This document shows, one piece after another, positions 36,867 to 46,163 of a stretch of 64,000 bases of DNA. The position numbers were made by a program, and so were the translations under genes. The first letter of the stretch is position 1. Each line of letters opens with the position of its first letter. This stretch comes from an uncultured Eubacteriales bacterium (GTDB lineage: Bacteria > Acidobacteriota > Aminicenantia > Aminicenantales > Saccharicenantaceae), in contig CAYWJT010000002.1 of the NCBI GenBank assembly GCA_964458655.1, positions 13,299-77,298 of the forward strand, read 5' to 3'. The notes beneath the pieces are model-generated. The model worked only from the letters and a program-made list of their open reading frames with translations. It did no database searches and was not told where the DNA came from.

Positions 36867-39860
36867 TCAGGGCTGGGTCGAAGCGTCCCGGGGCGTGATG
36901 ATCCGGACCGGCCCGAACAGGCCCGATCTCATCAGCGGCGGGATCTTCGTATAAACGGGACGTGTCTTTCCGCGAGGGACCCGGCCATAGGAGCTGTCCG
37001 ATGTCGGGTCCGTCTGTATCCGGTCGAGATTGCTTCGGGTGAAACGGTCCGATGCCGGCCTCAACGAGTCGGCGTTCAACCGGTTGGCCCAGAGATTGGC
37101 GACCCGTATCTCCAGCCGATTCCGTCCGGCCCGGACGGCGTCGCTGATCTCGACCCGGAAGGGCGGCAGCCAAACGACCCCCAGGCGCTTTCCGTTGAGG
37201 GTCACCTCGGCGATCTCGGCCAGGTCGCCCAGATGGAGGAACAATCTGCTCCTCGCGGCCAGCGCGGCCGGCACTTCGAACGTCTTTCGATAGGTCGCGA
37301 TCCCCGAGAAAAACCGTATCCCGTCGTCGGCCGAATCGGTCCAGCTCTGGAGCCGCCCGAACACCGCCGTTCGAGGCGCTCCCCACCCTTCGGGGAACTC
37401 GACCTGCCAGGGCCCGTCGATGGTCAGGGCCGCCGGCTCGTCCGCCGGCGGGAACGTGTCGCGGGACAACGGATCCAACGGCGGGCGCTCGGACGGCGCG
37501 GCCTTCCGGAACACGACGAAAACCGACCCCAGGGGCCCGAGCTCCACGCGAAGCTCGGTCCGGTCCCCTGCGACCGTCGTCCACCCGCGGCCGGCGCTCC
37601 GTCGCCCGGAATCAGGCCACCAGAATTCGGGAGCCAGCCCCCGGGCCTCAGCGGCGACCCGGAACCGGCAGGTCAGGCCCTGCGGCTCCTTCGTAGTATT
37701 GCGGATGAAATAGAATTCCGCGTCTTCGGTCCTCCGGTGGACGAAGTCCAGCGGGCCCAGGTCCCCTTCAGGCCGCCCGGCGATCTCGAAGTCCGGGTCG
37801 ACGCCGACTTCCCTGAGCGCCGCGCTCCTGTCCTGGGAGACGACGAACCGCCCCCGGCCGATGGACCTGACCCGGACCTGTGGGCGGGCCGGTCGGTCCG
37901 ACGCCTCGCTTCCGCCCCAGAGTTCATCGGCCAATCGCTTGATCTCCCGGTCCTGCTCTTCACGGTCCGCAAGGCCCGGGGAGCGGACCGGCCTTTGGTG
38001 GCCGATGACCGTGGCCCCTTCGGCGACCAGCGCTCGGATCCTCCTCAAGACCTCCAGCGGGATATGGTCCTGCTCCGGCAGCACGAGGGCCGCATAGCTC
38101 GTTCCGTCCGGCAGCACGATCCGCCCGTCCTCCACCTTCATCCGCCGGAGGATCACCTCGGACGAACACACGTCGTAGTCGTTCGACCGAACGAGGCCCG
38201 CTAAGAGAGGCTTTTCCGGCACGTTACAGAGCTCCGGATAGAAGTTCGGCGCCTGATCTCCGTAGAAATAGCACACATCGGCCACGAACCAGCCTTGGCG
38301 GAGCAGGTACGAACACCGAGCCAGGTAATCCATCAGGCTGCGGGCAAACGGCCACCAGGTCGCAGCCGGGTTGATGTCCGTCCCGGCGTGGTAGGCCCAT
38401 CCCGGGAGCCCCGCCTCGGGCGGCGAGCTCGCGAACGTGTGCAAGGAGAAGCTATTCAAGCCCTCGCACAGCGCCCGATCGGCGATCTCCTTGTGGGCCA
38501 GGGGCCCGTCGACCCAGCGGCGCCAGGTGGTGAAGGACTCCGCGTCGACCAGACGCTTGTCGTAGACGTGAGCGGCCGAGGCGATCTCCTTGACCAAGAA
38601 GATCCCGCGGTGCCGGATCCAGAACTCCCCGCGGGGGACGTCGACGGCCCCGAGCGCCGTGATCCCGTCCACCGGGTTGGAATCCCAGATAGGAGGCCCC
38701 GGCCCGCCGGCCTCGGCTATGAGCTCCACTCCGTAAGCGTTCAGGAACTTCTTGCCGGTCAGGTAATGCGATTCGATCAGAAGGTCGCTCACCGTCTTCC
38801 GCCAATCGTATAGGAACCGTTCCTGGGTCGCTTGATCAGCGAGCTTCCAGCCGGCGAGCACCGGCAGGAACGGGATCGCCGGGTATCCCGCCCGGCGCCG
38901 GAACTCGTCGGCCATGGCTGCGGTCCAGGGCGTGAACCCGTCGAGCTCCATGCTGTCGAACTCCATCGTCCGAAAGCTCGTCCCCTCGAACGAGCTCCGC
39001 CCGAGCTCGTTCAGGATGGCGGTGACGATATGACGGAGATGGAATTCGGTGGCCCGGGGATCGAAGAAATCGATCATCAGGCCGCCCGAATTCGGGCTGG
39101 GCACGATGAGCCGTTGGCCGTGGTTAGCGCAGACGAACCGGAGGATCGTCCAATCTCCCGCAGGGACGTCCCATCGCAACCGGCCGTCGGCTTCGACCTT
39201 GTCCGTAAGGTCGACGACACGGCCCCTGTCGGCGATCGGCTTCGATTTATCCCCGGGCACGGCCAATACCGCAACTTCTCGAAGATAGAAGGGCCGTCCG
39301 CGCTCGTCGCGCGGACACAGCTCGGGCAATTCGGGCAGGGGCAATACCTCATGAAAGAGCTTAGGGCCGATGACGCCGGTCGCGGAATGATAGAGGCCTT
39401 TGCCGGCGTGTTCCGGCGGGACCCAGCTGCCGCCCGCGTTCCAGCCGCTCGAAGCCACCAGGCCGATTTTCAAGCCGAGCCTGTCCGCCTCCCGGATCGC
39501 ATGAGCGATCAGACGCACGGATTCGGGACCGAGGAACGCCGGGCCGGCGGGCACCCGTCCGTCGGGGTCGGCGGCCGCCGCTACGTCCCAGATCTCGCCG
39601 CCGCGTAGGCCGCCCCGGGCCATCGCCTTCAGGTCGCGGGTGATCTGCTCCTTGGTGATCGACCCGTTGAGCCAAGCCCAAAAACACCCGGGCCGGACTT
39701 CGACCGGCGGATCGGCGAAGATTGAGGGCGAAAGCCGGTCCGCGGCCCTGGAAGTCCATTCGCGTCTCTCGGGCGAGGCCTGCGTTAGGGGCTCGGCCGA
39801 CGCCAACGCGCGGTACGTCCAGTCGCCGTTCTGCAGCGCGACCGCCGCAAGCACAATCAA
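36867..39860 (-). CDS. Large glycoside hydrolase with C-terminal GH2-type sugar-binding beta-sandwich; family unassigned (paralog 1)
   Basis: Roughly 1000 aa. C-terminal YRKTFEVPAAL...LHLGDLAEIAEVTLNGKRLGVVWLPPFRVEISDAVRAGRNRLEIRVANLWANRL matches the GH2_N-type jelly roll. The N-terminal region WAWLNG...GGEIWDV...PAGPAFLGPESV is shared with 43272-46127. The stop overlaps the downstream sulfatase start. The N-terminal boundary is uncertain: the track start is a TTG and the frame stays open upstream. Confidence 0.6.
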   Translation of the reverse strand: MIVLAAVALQNGDWTYRALASAEPLTQASPERREWTSRAADRLSPSIFADPPVEVRPGCFWAWLNGSITKEQITRDLKAMARGGLRGGEIWDVAAAADPDGRVPAGPAFLGPESVRLIAHAIREADRLGLKIGLVASSGWNAGGSWVPPEHAGKGLYHSATGVIGPKLFHEVLPLPELPELCPRDERGRPFYLREVAVLAVPGDKSKPIADRGRVVDLTDKVEADGRLRWDVPAGDWTILRFVCANHGQRLIVPSPNSGGLMIDFFDPRATEFHLRHIVTAILNELGRSSFEGTSFRTMEFDSMELDGFTPWTAAMADEFRRRAGYPAIPFLPVLAGWKLADQATQERFLYDWRKTVSDLLIESHYLTGKKFLNAYGVELIAEAGGPGPPIWDSNPVDGITALGAVDVPRGEFWIRHRGIFLVKEIASAAHVYDKRLVDAESFTTWRRWVDGPLAHKEIADRALCEGLNSFSLHTFASSPPEAGLPGWAYHAGTDINPAATWWPFARSLMDYLARCSYLLRQGWFVADVCYFYGDQAPNFYPELCNVPEKPLLAGLVRSNDYDVCSSEVILRRMKVEDGRIVLPDGTSYAALVLPEQDHIPLEVLRRIRALVAEGATVIGHQRPVRSPGLADREEQDREIKRLADELWGGSEASDRPARPQVRVRSIGRGRFVVSQDRSAALREVGVDPDFEIAGRPEGDLGPLDFVHRRTEDAEFYFIRNTTKEPQGLTCRFRVAAEARGLAPEFWWPDSGRRSAGRGWTTVAGDRTELRVELGPLGSVFVVFRKAAPSERPPLDPLSRDTFPPADEPAALTIDGPWQVEFPEGWGAPRTAVFGRLQSWTDSADDGIRFFSGIATYRKTFEVPAALAARSRLFLHLGDLAEIAEVTLNGKRLGVVWLPPFRVEISDAVRAGRNRLEIRVANLWANRLNADSLRPASDRFTRSNLDRIQTDPTSDSSYGRVPRGKTRPVYTKIPPLMRSGLFGPVRIITPRDASTQP

Positions 39861-40086
39861 CCAAATCAGGCGGGCTGATTTGGACGTGTCGGTCCTCCGT
39901 GAGCCGCTCGTTGCCAGGCCCGAGCGGCCGGCTCGAACGGCAGGTTCGGCAAAGCCGTCGATGGTATTTTCAAGGATTCTATTTTAAAATTGTATCTTAC
40001 TTAAAGCAAGAAATGAATACCCATATCATGCCCGGACTGCCAGCCGAAGCATCGTCCGGAGCCTTTTCCCTTATACGGGGGGATGA

Positions 40087-43000
40087 GTGAGCGGCCGAGT
40101 TCTGCCCTTCATCGCCCTGGCCGTTTTTCTCACGGGGCGCGCGTCCGTCCAGCCACCGCCCGCAGAGTCCGCCGCCCGAACCGCCGGCGACGACCTCTTG
40201 CAGAATGAGACCCTTGCTCTTCAGATGCGCGCTGCCGGCCGCCTCAACCTCATGAACAAGCTTACCGGCAGGTCTTACGACATCATAGCCGCGCCGTTCG
40301 ACTTGCTGATGGAGCTCGATGGGCGTAGGGTCCGCGCCGCCTCTAACGATTTCGAGCCGCCTTCGGTCGGGCGGCCTTCGGCGGACACCCTGCGCGCCAG
40401 CTACGATGGAAAGGGGGATCTCGCGGGCCTGACGGTCGAAGTGGAATATCGGCTCGCGCCGCGAAGCTGGTATGTCCGCAAACGTATCAGTCTACTCAAC
40501 CGACGCACCTCTCCGGTCGTCGTCCGGGACGCCACGGTCGACGCGTTCCGCATCGAGAACGTCCCCTGGCCCGAAAAGGTGCAGAACCCGGTTTTCCTGG
40601 ACGGGCAGGTCTTCTGGGGGTTGGAATGGCCGATCGCCGATGTTGCGGTGCGCGACGGACGCCTGGTGCTGGCCCATTTTCCCGCGGCCGAGGTCCCGCC
40701 CGGCGGGACTTGGACGAGCAAGGTCAGCGGTTTCGGAGTATCTGCGTCCGGGCGGGCCGAGGAGGCCTTTGGCAGGTACATCCTGGAGATCCGGGCCAAC
40801 CGCGTGGACTTCGCCACGTTCTATTTCGATTGGCTCTGTCACGACAATTCGGGCCCGCGCCAGGCCGAGGTTCTGGCCAATCTCGCCGCTTTGCGCCGCC
40901 TCAAAGGGCTCTACGGCCTGCAGTTCGACATATACAATTCCGACGCAGGGCTCGTCGAGTCCCAGGGGACATATTATCCCCAATTCAAGGCCGATTTCCT
41001 GGCGCGGTTCCCGGACGGCCTGAAGCCGCTCGCCGAGGCCTCAAAGGCGCTCGGCATGCGCCTCGGGCTCTGGCTCGGCCCGGACGGCTTCGGCGAGACG
41101 CCGGACGCGATGGCCGCCCGCCGGGAACAATTGCTGGCCTGGGTCCGGGACTTCAACGTCGGGCTGTTCAAGATGGACACCGTCGTCTCGGAGCTCGCCC
41201 ATCCGGATAAGTACGTCCTGGAGAAGAAATACCAGGCCCTGGCCGACGCCCTCGCCCAGGCGCGGCGCATCGACCCGGAGTTCATCGCCATCAATCACCG
41301 CATCAACGATTCGCCGTACATGCTGACGATCACGGATTGCCTGCTCTGGCGCGGCGAGGAGACCTACATCGACGTCCATATCAGCAACGAAACGGCGAGC
41401 CTCTACAACCGCGACTGCTCGATCGGCCGCGAACTCACCTCGGAATTCTTCGGGACGCCCTGCCGGCTGTTCGAGGACCACGGCATTTGCTTCAACAGCT
41501 GCCTCGAGAAGTGGGATGATGACCTGGTGACGCAGGCCTTCGGCCGCGCTTCGGTGCTCTCGCCCGAGATGTACGGGACGTTCTTTTTCCTCGGCGACGA
41601 GGACTATCCTCGCCTGGCCCGGCTGATCCAGCTGCACAAGCGGCTCGAACCCCTGCTGAAGACGGCCTACCCGCTGCCCGGCGGGGACATCGCTCACGCC
41701 GACGGCGCCTCCTCGTTGGTGCTCGTCCGCAACATGACGTGGGAGCCGGCGGTCAAAACGATCCCTCTCGACGCGTCGATCGGCCTCGCCGCAGCACCCG
41801 GCACGGCCCTGACCGTGAGGCAGCGCCATCCCTGGGAAACCCTGATCAAGAGGGCGGGCGAAGGGGCCGTTTTCGGCGGGACGCTCCAAGTTGAAATGGA
41901 CCCTTTCAGCCTCCGGCTCATCCAGGTAGACACCGTGCCTCCCGCCGAGCCGATCGTGGCCGGTGTACCATACGAGGTCGTACCCGGGCCGGACGCGGGA
42001 AACTTCGGCGTCAAACTACTCGGAACGCCGGGACAAACAGCCGAGGTGGCGCTCCTCAATTTCGGGGGCCGATCGGTCCGGACGGCCGCCGGAAGGGCCG
42101 TGCCGACGGTTAAAGCTACCTGGCGTGTTTCTTTCCCCGGCCCGGCCGCAGCGGGGCCGTCCTTCGCCAAGCTGGCCGATTTCAGGGACGATCCCGCCCT
42201 GGCCGCAGACGGAACCCGCCTGGCTGAGCTGGCCAAGTTCACAATCGATGATGACGCCCTCGAGGTCCGGGAAATGGTCCGCCTGAAACGAGCCCCCTCC
42301 AGCCTGGCCGAGATCGAGGCCTGCCGGGCGTACATGTGGGACAAGGTCGCGGCCGCTGAAGGGACCTTTCTCAACGCCTTCGACGGCGACCCGGAGACGA
42401 GGTGGAGCGACGGGTTCCCGCGGCGCAGCCCCTACACGGGCAGCCCGGCCCCCTATCGCGCCGGAACGTCCCTCTGGCGCATCGACCTCGGACAAACGAC
42501 CGATCTGGCGACGCTCGAGCTGCGCATCGTCAGGCGGACCGACGCGGCCTTTCTTGACGCCGTCGAAACGTCGCCCGACCTGATCGAGTGGACGCGGACG
42601 GATGGTCTGAGCCTGGCTGCGACCGAAGGCATCCCGTTCGCGGGAACGCTCAGGCAGCGCGGCAAGACGATCAAGATCTTCGATGTCGAAGCGGGCGATA
42701 AGAGCCCCGTTTCGATCCTCGTTCCGCTTGAAGGCAAGCCGTGCCGCTATGTGAGGATCCGGGGCCGCAACTTCAGCGTCTCGGAAATCATCGGCTATGA
42801 CGGCGCGGGGCGGCCCCTGGACCGGAGCGGCTGGCGGGCCACGAATTTCCTGGGCGAGACCTCCGTGCCCCGCCGCGTCCTGACGGCAGCCCACGTCCCT
42901 GCTGATGGCGCGCCAGGCCGCGAATACGCCGTCGCGGTCACGGCCGGGCCGGCCAAGTTCGATCCCGTCGACGGCGTCTACGTCGTGGCTCTCGTCGACG

Positions 43001-43275
43001 GCCGTCCCGTCGTCCCGCGCCACCGGGTCCCGAGCTACCCATATCACAACTATGAATGGAACTCGGGGGCGCCGAAGCTTGCGGGCATGACTTTCCGGCT
43101 CCCGGTCGACCCGGCTTGGAAAGGCAGGACCGTGGAATTCCGGGTCATGATGTTCTGCGCCGGCGCCGAGGGGGCGCGGGCCGAGCTCCGCCTCGTGACG
43201 CCGAAGCGCGTCTTCGCCGAGATCCCGCTCCACGTCGGTCCGACTGGCATAAGGAAGGACGAGCGACGACCATGA
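40087..43275 (+). CDS. Large secreted protein; possible melibiase-clan-like TIM barrel N-terminal half plus a C-terminal discoidin (F5/8 type C) domain
   Basis: GTG start at 40087 with signal peptide VSGRVLPFIALAVFLTGRASVQ. N-half blocks FYFDWLCHDNSG, LGLWLGPDGF and FKMDTV resemble GH27/36-type motifs (weak). C-half FLNAFDGDPETRWSDG is discoidin-like. The stop overlaps the next gene start (ATGA). Confidence 0.45.
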   Translation: MSGRVLPFIALAVFLTGRASVQPPPAESAARTAGDDLLQNETLALQMRAAGRLNLMNKLTGRSYDIIAAPFDLLMELDGRRVRAASNDFEPPSVGRPSADTLRASYDGKGDLAGLTVEVEYRLAPRSWYVRKRISLLNRRTSPVVVRDATVDAFRIENVPWPEKVQNPVFLDGQVFWGLEWPIADVAVRDGRLVLAHFPAAEVPPGGTWTSKVSGFGVSASGRAEEAFGRYILEIRANRVDFATFYFDWLCHDNSGPRQAEVLANLAALRRLKGLYGLQFDIYNSDAGLVESQGTYYPQFKADFLARFPDGLKPLAEASKALGMRLGLWLGPDGFGETPDAMAARREQLLAWVRDFNVGLFKMDTVVSELAHPDKYVLEKKYQALADALAQARRIDPEFIAINHRINDSPYMLTITDCLLWRGEETYIDVHISNETASLYNRDCSIGRELTSEFFGTPCRLFEDHGICFNSCLEKWDDDLVTQAFGRASVLSPEMYGTFFFLGDEDYPRLARLIQLHKRLEPLLKTAYPLPGGDIAHADGASSLVLVRNMTWEPAVKTIPLDASIGLAAAPGTALTVRQRHPWETLIKRAGEGAVFGGTLQVEMDPFSLRLIQVDTVPPAEPIVAGVPYEVVPGPDAGNFGVKLLGTPGQTAEVALLNFGGRSVRTAAGRAVPTVKATWRVSFPGPAAAGPSFAKLADFRDDPALAADGTRLAELAKFTIDDDALEVREMVRLKRAPSSLAEIEACRAYMWDKVAAAEGTFLNAFDGDPETRWSDGFPRRSPYTGSPAPYRAGTSLWRIDLGQTTDLATLELRIVRRTDAAFLDAVETSPDLIEWTRTDGLSLAATEGIPFAGTLRQRGKTIKIFDVEAGDKSPVSILVPLEGKPCRYVRIRGRNFSVSEIIGYDGAGRPLDRSGWRATNFLGETSVPRRVLTAAHVPADGAPGREYAVAVTAGPAKFDPVDGVYVVALVDGRPVVPRHRVPSYPYHNYEWNSGAPKLAGMTFRLPVDPAWKGRTVEFRVMMFCAGAEGARAELRLVTPKRVFAEIPLHVGPTGIRKDERRP

Positions 43276-46127
43276 CAGGCTCCCGGAAGATGACCCTGAC
43301 GCTCTTCGCGGCCGCCCTCCTGGCCCTCGCGGCTTGCGGGCCGGAAGGCTCATCCGGATCCCGGCCGGCCCCCGAGGGGGAATGCCTGTCGGAAAAGCTG
43401 TTCTTCAACCCCCCGCAGTCGGCCCGGCCGAGCGTTCTATGGGCCTGGCTCAACGGCTTCGTCGACCGCGACCAGCTGACCCGGGAGCTGGAGGAGCTGA
43501 AGGCCAAAGGGTTCGGGGGAGCCATAATCTGGGACGTGGGCAGCCTCCGCGACCCGAAAAAGATCATCCCGGCCGGGCCCGCCTTCCTCGGCCCGGAATC
43601 TGTGGCCAGCATCTCCCACGCGATCGACGTGGCCGACCGCCTCGGACTCAGGCTGGGCCTGTTCGCCTCGAGCAGTTGGAACGCGGGAGGCTCCTGGATC
43701 GAACCCGAAAACGCCAGCAGGAGGCTGCTGTGTAGGGAGATCAAAGCCCATGGGCCGGGGCGCATCCGGACGATAGTCCCGCTCCCCGAGGGTGTGACCG
43801 ACCGCCGGAAGGACATCGCCGTCCTGGCCGTCGCCGCGGGCCGCCCAACGATGGACATCTCGCGATATGTGGACCGCGAGGGACGCTTGGACTGGGTGGC
43901 GCCGGCCGGCGAATGGCGGGTCATGCGCTTCGTCGCCAGCAATACGGGGCAAACCCTCGAATGCCCGAGCCCGAACTCCGACGGCCTGATCATCGACCAC
44001 CTGAGCCGAGAGGCCGCGAGAGTCCATATCACACATATCCTCGACCGGATCCTGAGCGCTCGGAACGCCCTCGACGCGCTCGACACGCTCATGCTCGACA
44101 GCTACGAAGTCGCTGAGGCAGTCGATTGGACGGACGATTTCATCGACGCTTTTCGGAAGCGGCACGGCTACGACCCGGTGCCCTACCTGCCCGCGCTGTT
44201 CGACCCCACGGTGCCTGACGCCGGGGTCGCCGAGCGCTTCCTTTATGATTACCGGAAGACGGTCAGCGACCTGATCATCGACAACCATTTCCGCACGGTC
44301 CGGGAGCTGCTGAACAAGCGGGGGTTGCGCCTCCTGGCCGAAGCGGGGCACGGCGGATCGGCCCGCGTGGACGCCCTCAAGGCGTTGGGCTCGGCCGATA
44401 TCCCGATGGGGGAGTTCTGGAACCACCAGCGGTTCTGGGTGGTCAAGGAAGCCGCCAGCGCCGCCCATATCTACGGCAAGCGCATCGTCGACGCCGAGGC
44501 CCTGACCGGCTGGCGCAACTGGCAGGAGGGGCCCGCGGAATACAAACGGCGGTTCGATATCGCCCTTTGCGCCGGGCTGAACCATCCCACTTTCCATACC
44601 TTCACTCACAATCCGCCGGCCGCGGGCCGGCCCGGCTTTGTCTACCACGCCGGCGAGCACTTCAACGTCAACACCACCTGGTGGGGCCAGGCCGGGCCGC
44701 TGATCGAGTATATGTCCCGCTGCGATTACCTTCTCCAGCAGGGCCTCTTCGTGGCCGACGTCGCTTTCTATTACGGCGACCAGGCGCCCAACCTCGTGCC
44801 GGCGCGGCGGATCGATCCCGACATCGAGCCCATCTATCCGGACACGGCCTGCCTGCACTGCGGCAAACCCAAGCCGGTCCAGACCTCATCGTTGGACCTT
44901 GGGTATGATCATGATTACGTCAATTCCGAAGTCATTTTGGAGAGGATGAGGGTGTCGGGCGGGCGCATCGCTCTCCCGGACGGGTTGAGCTACGCCCTGC
45001 TCGTCCTGCCGGACCGGGAGGACATGCCTCTTGCGGTCCTGCGCAAGCTCGGCGAGCTCGTAGGGGCCGGAGCGACGGTCGTCGGGCGGAAGCCCGTCCG
45101 CTGCCCAAGCCTGGCCGGCTTCCCCGCCTGCGACGACAAGGTCAGGGCCCTGGCCGACCGGATCTGGGGGCCATGCGACGGCGCCGCGGTCAAGGAACAC
45201 CGCTACGGGAAAGGCCGCGTAGTCTGGGGTGTGCCTCTCAACGACCTCCTGCGCGACCGCGGGCTGGGGCCCGACTTCCAAGCGCTCGGCGTTGCCAACG
45301 CCGACCGGCACGTAGATTTCATACACCGGGCCACCGACCGCGAGGACATCTACTTCGTCTCCAACAGCGCCGGGACCGCTGAAACCTTCGAGGCCGTGTT
45401 CCGGGTTAGGGAGGGGCGGACGCCGGAGTTCTGGGATCCCGCCTCGGGGACGATCGTCCCGTGCCGGTCGTTCGCCCGGGTCGAGGGCGGCTGCCAGCTG
45501 ACCTTGGACATTCCCGCCTATGGCTCCATCTTCGTAGTCTTCCGTGAGACGCCGACTCCGGCGGCCTTTCTGTCCCCAGAACCCTTGAAGGCGGATGACC
45601 GGCCGGCCATCACCGTCTCCGGGCCCTGGACGGTCCGCTTCCCGCCGGGCTGGGGCGCGCCGGAGTCCGTCCTTTGGAACGGCCTCGTCAGCTGGACCGA
45701 AGCGGACGACCCGGGCATCCGCTATTTCTCCGGGACGGCGGCATATACGGCGGAATTCGACTTCGGCGAGCAGCGGCTCCAGGAGGGGCGAAGCTGGCTC
45801 CTCGACCTCGGGAAGCTCCGGGAAGTCGCCGAAGTGGCTCTCAACGGCCGAGATCTCGGCATCCTTTGGAAGGAGCCCTTTCAAGCGGATATCACGGCCG
45901 CCCTGAGAGCGGGCCGGAACATCCTCGAGGTCAGAGTCACGAACCTCTGGAACAACCGCCTCGTGGGCGACCTCCTGGATCCGGCCCATGGACCGTTCGC
46001 GCGCACCAACATGGTCCTCAAGACGCGGGACCTGATCCCGTCCGGGCTGTTCGGGCCGGTGACCGTCCGGCGAGCCGCCCGACGGTCGTCCGGCGACTCG
46101 GCTCCCGCGCCCGGATCGGCCCATTGA
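43272..46127 (+). CDS. Large glycoside hydrolase with C-terminal GH2-type beta-sandwich, lipoprotein (paralog 2 of 36867-39860)
   Basis: The ATG at 43272 overlaps the upstream stop. Lipoprotein-like signal MTGSRKMTLTLFAAALLALAAC. Region-by-region similarity to 36867-39860 (WAWLNGFVDRDQLTRELEELKAKGFGGAIIWDV; C-terminal VALNGRDLGILWKEPFQADITAALRAGRNILEVRVTNLWNNRL). Confidence 0.6.
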   Translation: MTGSRKMTLTLFAAALLALAACGPEGSSGSRPAPEGECLSEKLFFNPPQSARPSVLWAWLNGFVDRDQLTRELEELKAKGFGGAIIWDVGSLRDPKKIIPAGPAFLGPESVASISHAIDVADRLGLRLGLFASSSWNAGGSWIEPENASRRLLCREIKAHGPGRIRTIVPLPEGVTDRRKDIAVLAVAAGRPTMDISRYVDREGRLDWVAPAGEWRVMRFVASNTGQTLECPSPNSDGLIIDHLSREAARVHITHILDRILSARNALDALDTLMLDSYEVAEAVDWTDDFIDAFRKRHGYDPVPYLPALFDPTVPDAGVAERFLYDYRKTVSDLIIDNHFRTVRELLNKRGLRLLAEAGHGGSARVDALKALGSADIPMGEFWNHQRFWVVKEAASAAHIYGKRIVDAEALTGWRNWQEGPAEYKRRFDIALCAGLNHPTFHTFTHNPPAAGRPGFVYHAGEHFNVNTTWWGQAGPLIEYMSRCDYLLQQGLFVADVAFYYGDQAPNLVPARRIDPDIEPIYPDTACLHCGKPKPVQTSSLDLGYDHDYVNSEVILERMRVSGGRIALPDGLSYALLVLPDREDMPLAVLRKLGELVGAGATVVGRKPVRCPSLAGFPACDDKVRALADRIWGPCDGAAVKEHRYGKGRVVWGVPLNDLLRDRGLGPDFQALGVANADRHVDFIHRATDREDIYFVSNSAGTAETFEAVFRVREGRTPEFWDPASGTIVPCRSFARVEGGCQLTLDIPAYGSIFVVFRETPTPAAFLSPEPLKADDRPAITVSGPWTVRFPPGWGAPESVLWNGLVSWTEADDPGIRYFSGTAAYTAEFDFGEQRLQEGRSWLLDLGKLREVAEVALNGRDLGILWKEPFQADITAALRAGRNILEVRVTNLWNNRLVGDLLDPAHGPFARTNMVLKTRDLIPSGLFGPVTVRRAARRSSGDSAPAPGSAH

Positions 46128-46163
46128 GATATCTCGGCGCGGCCGAGAGAAAGGAGAATGGAC

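Noticed and set aside
36666-38204. 512-aa plus-strand ORF
   Set aside because: Antisense to the GH paralog 36867-39860.
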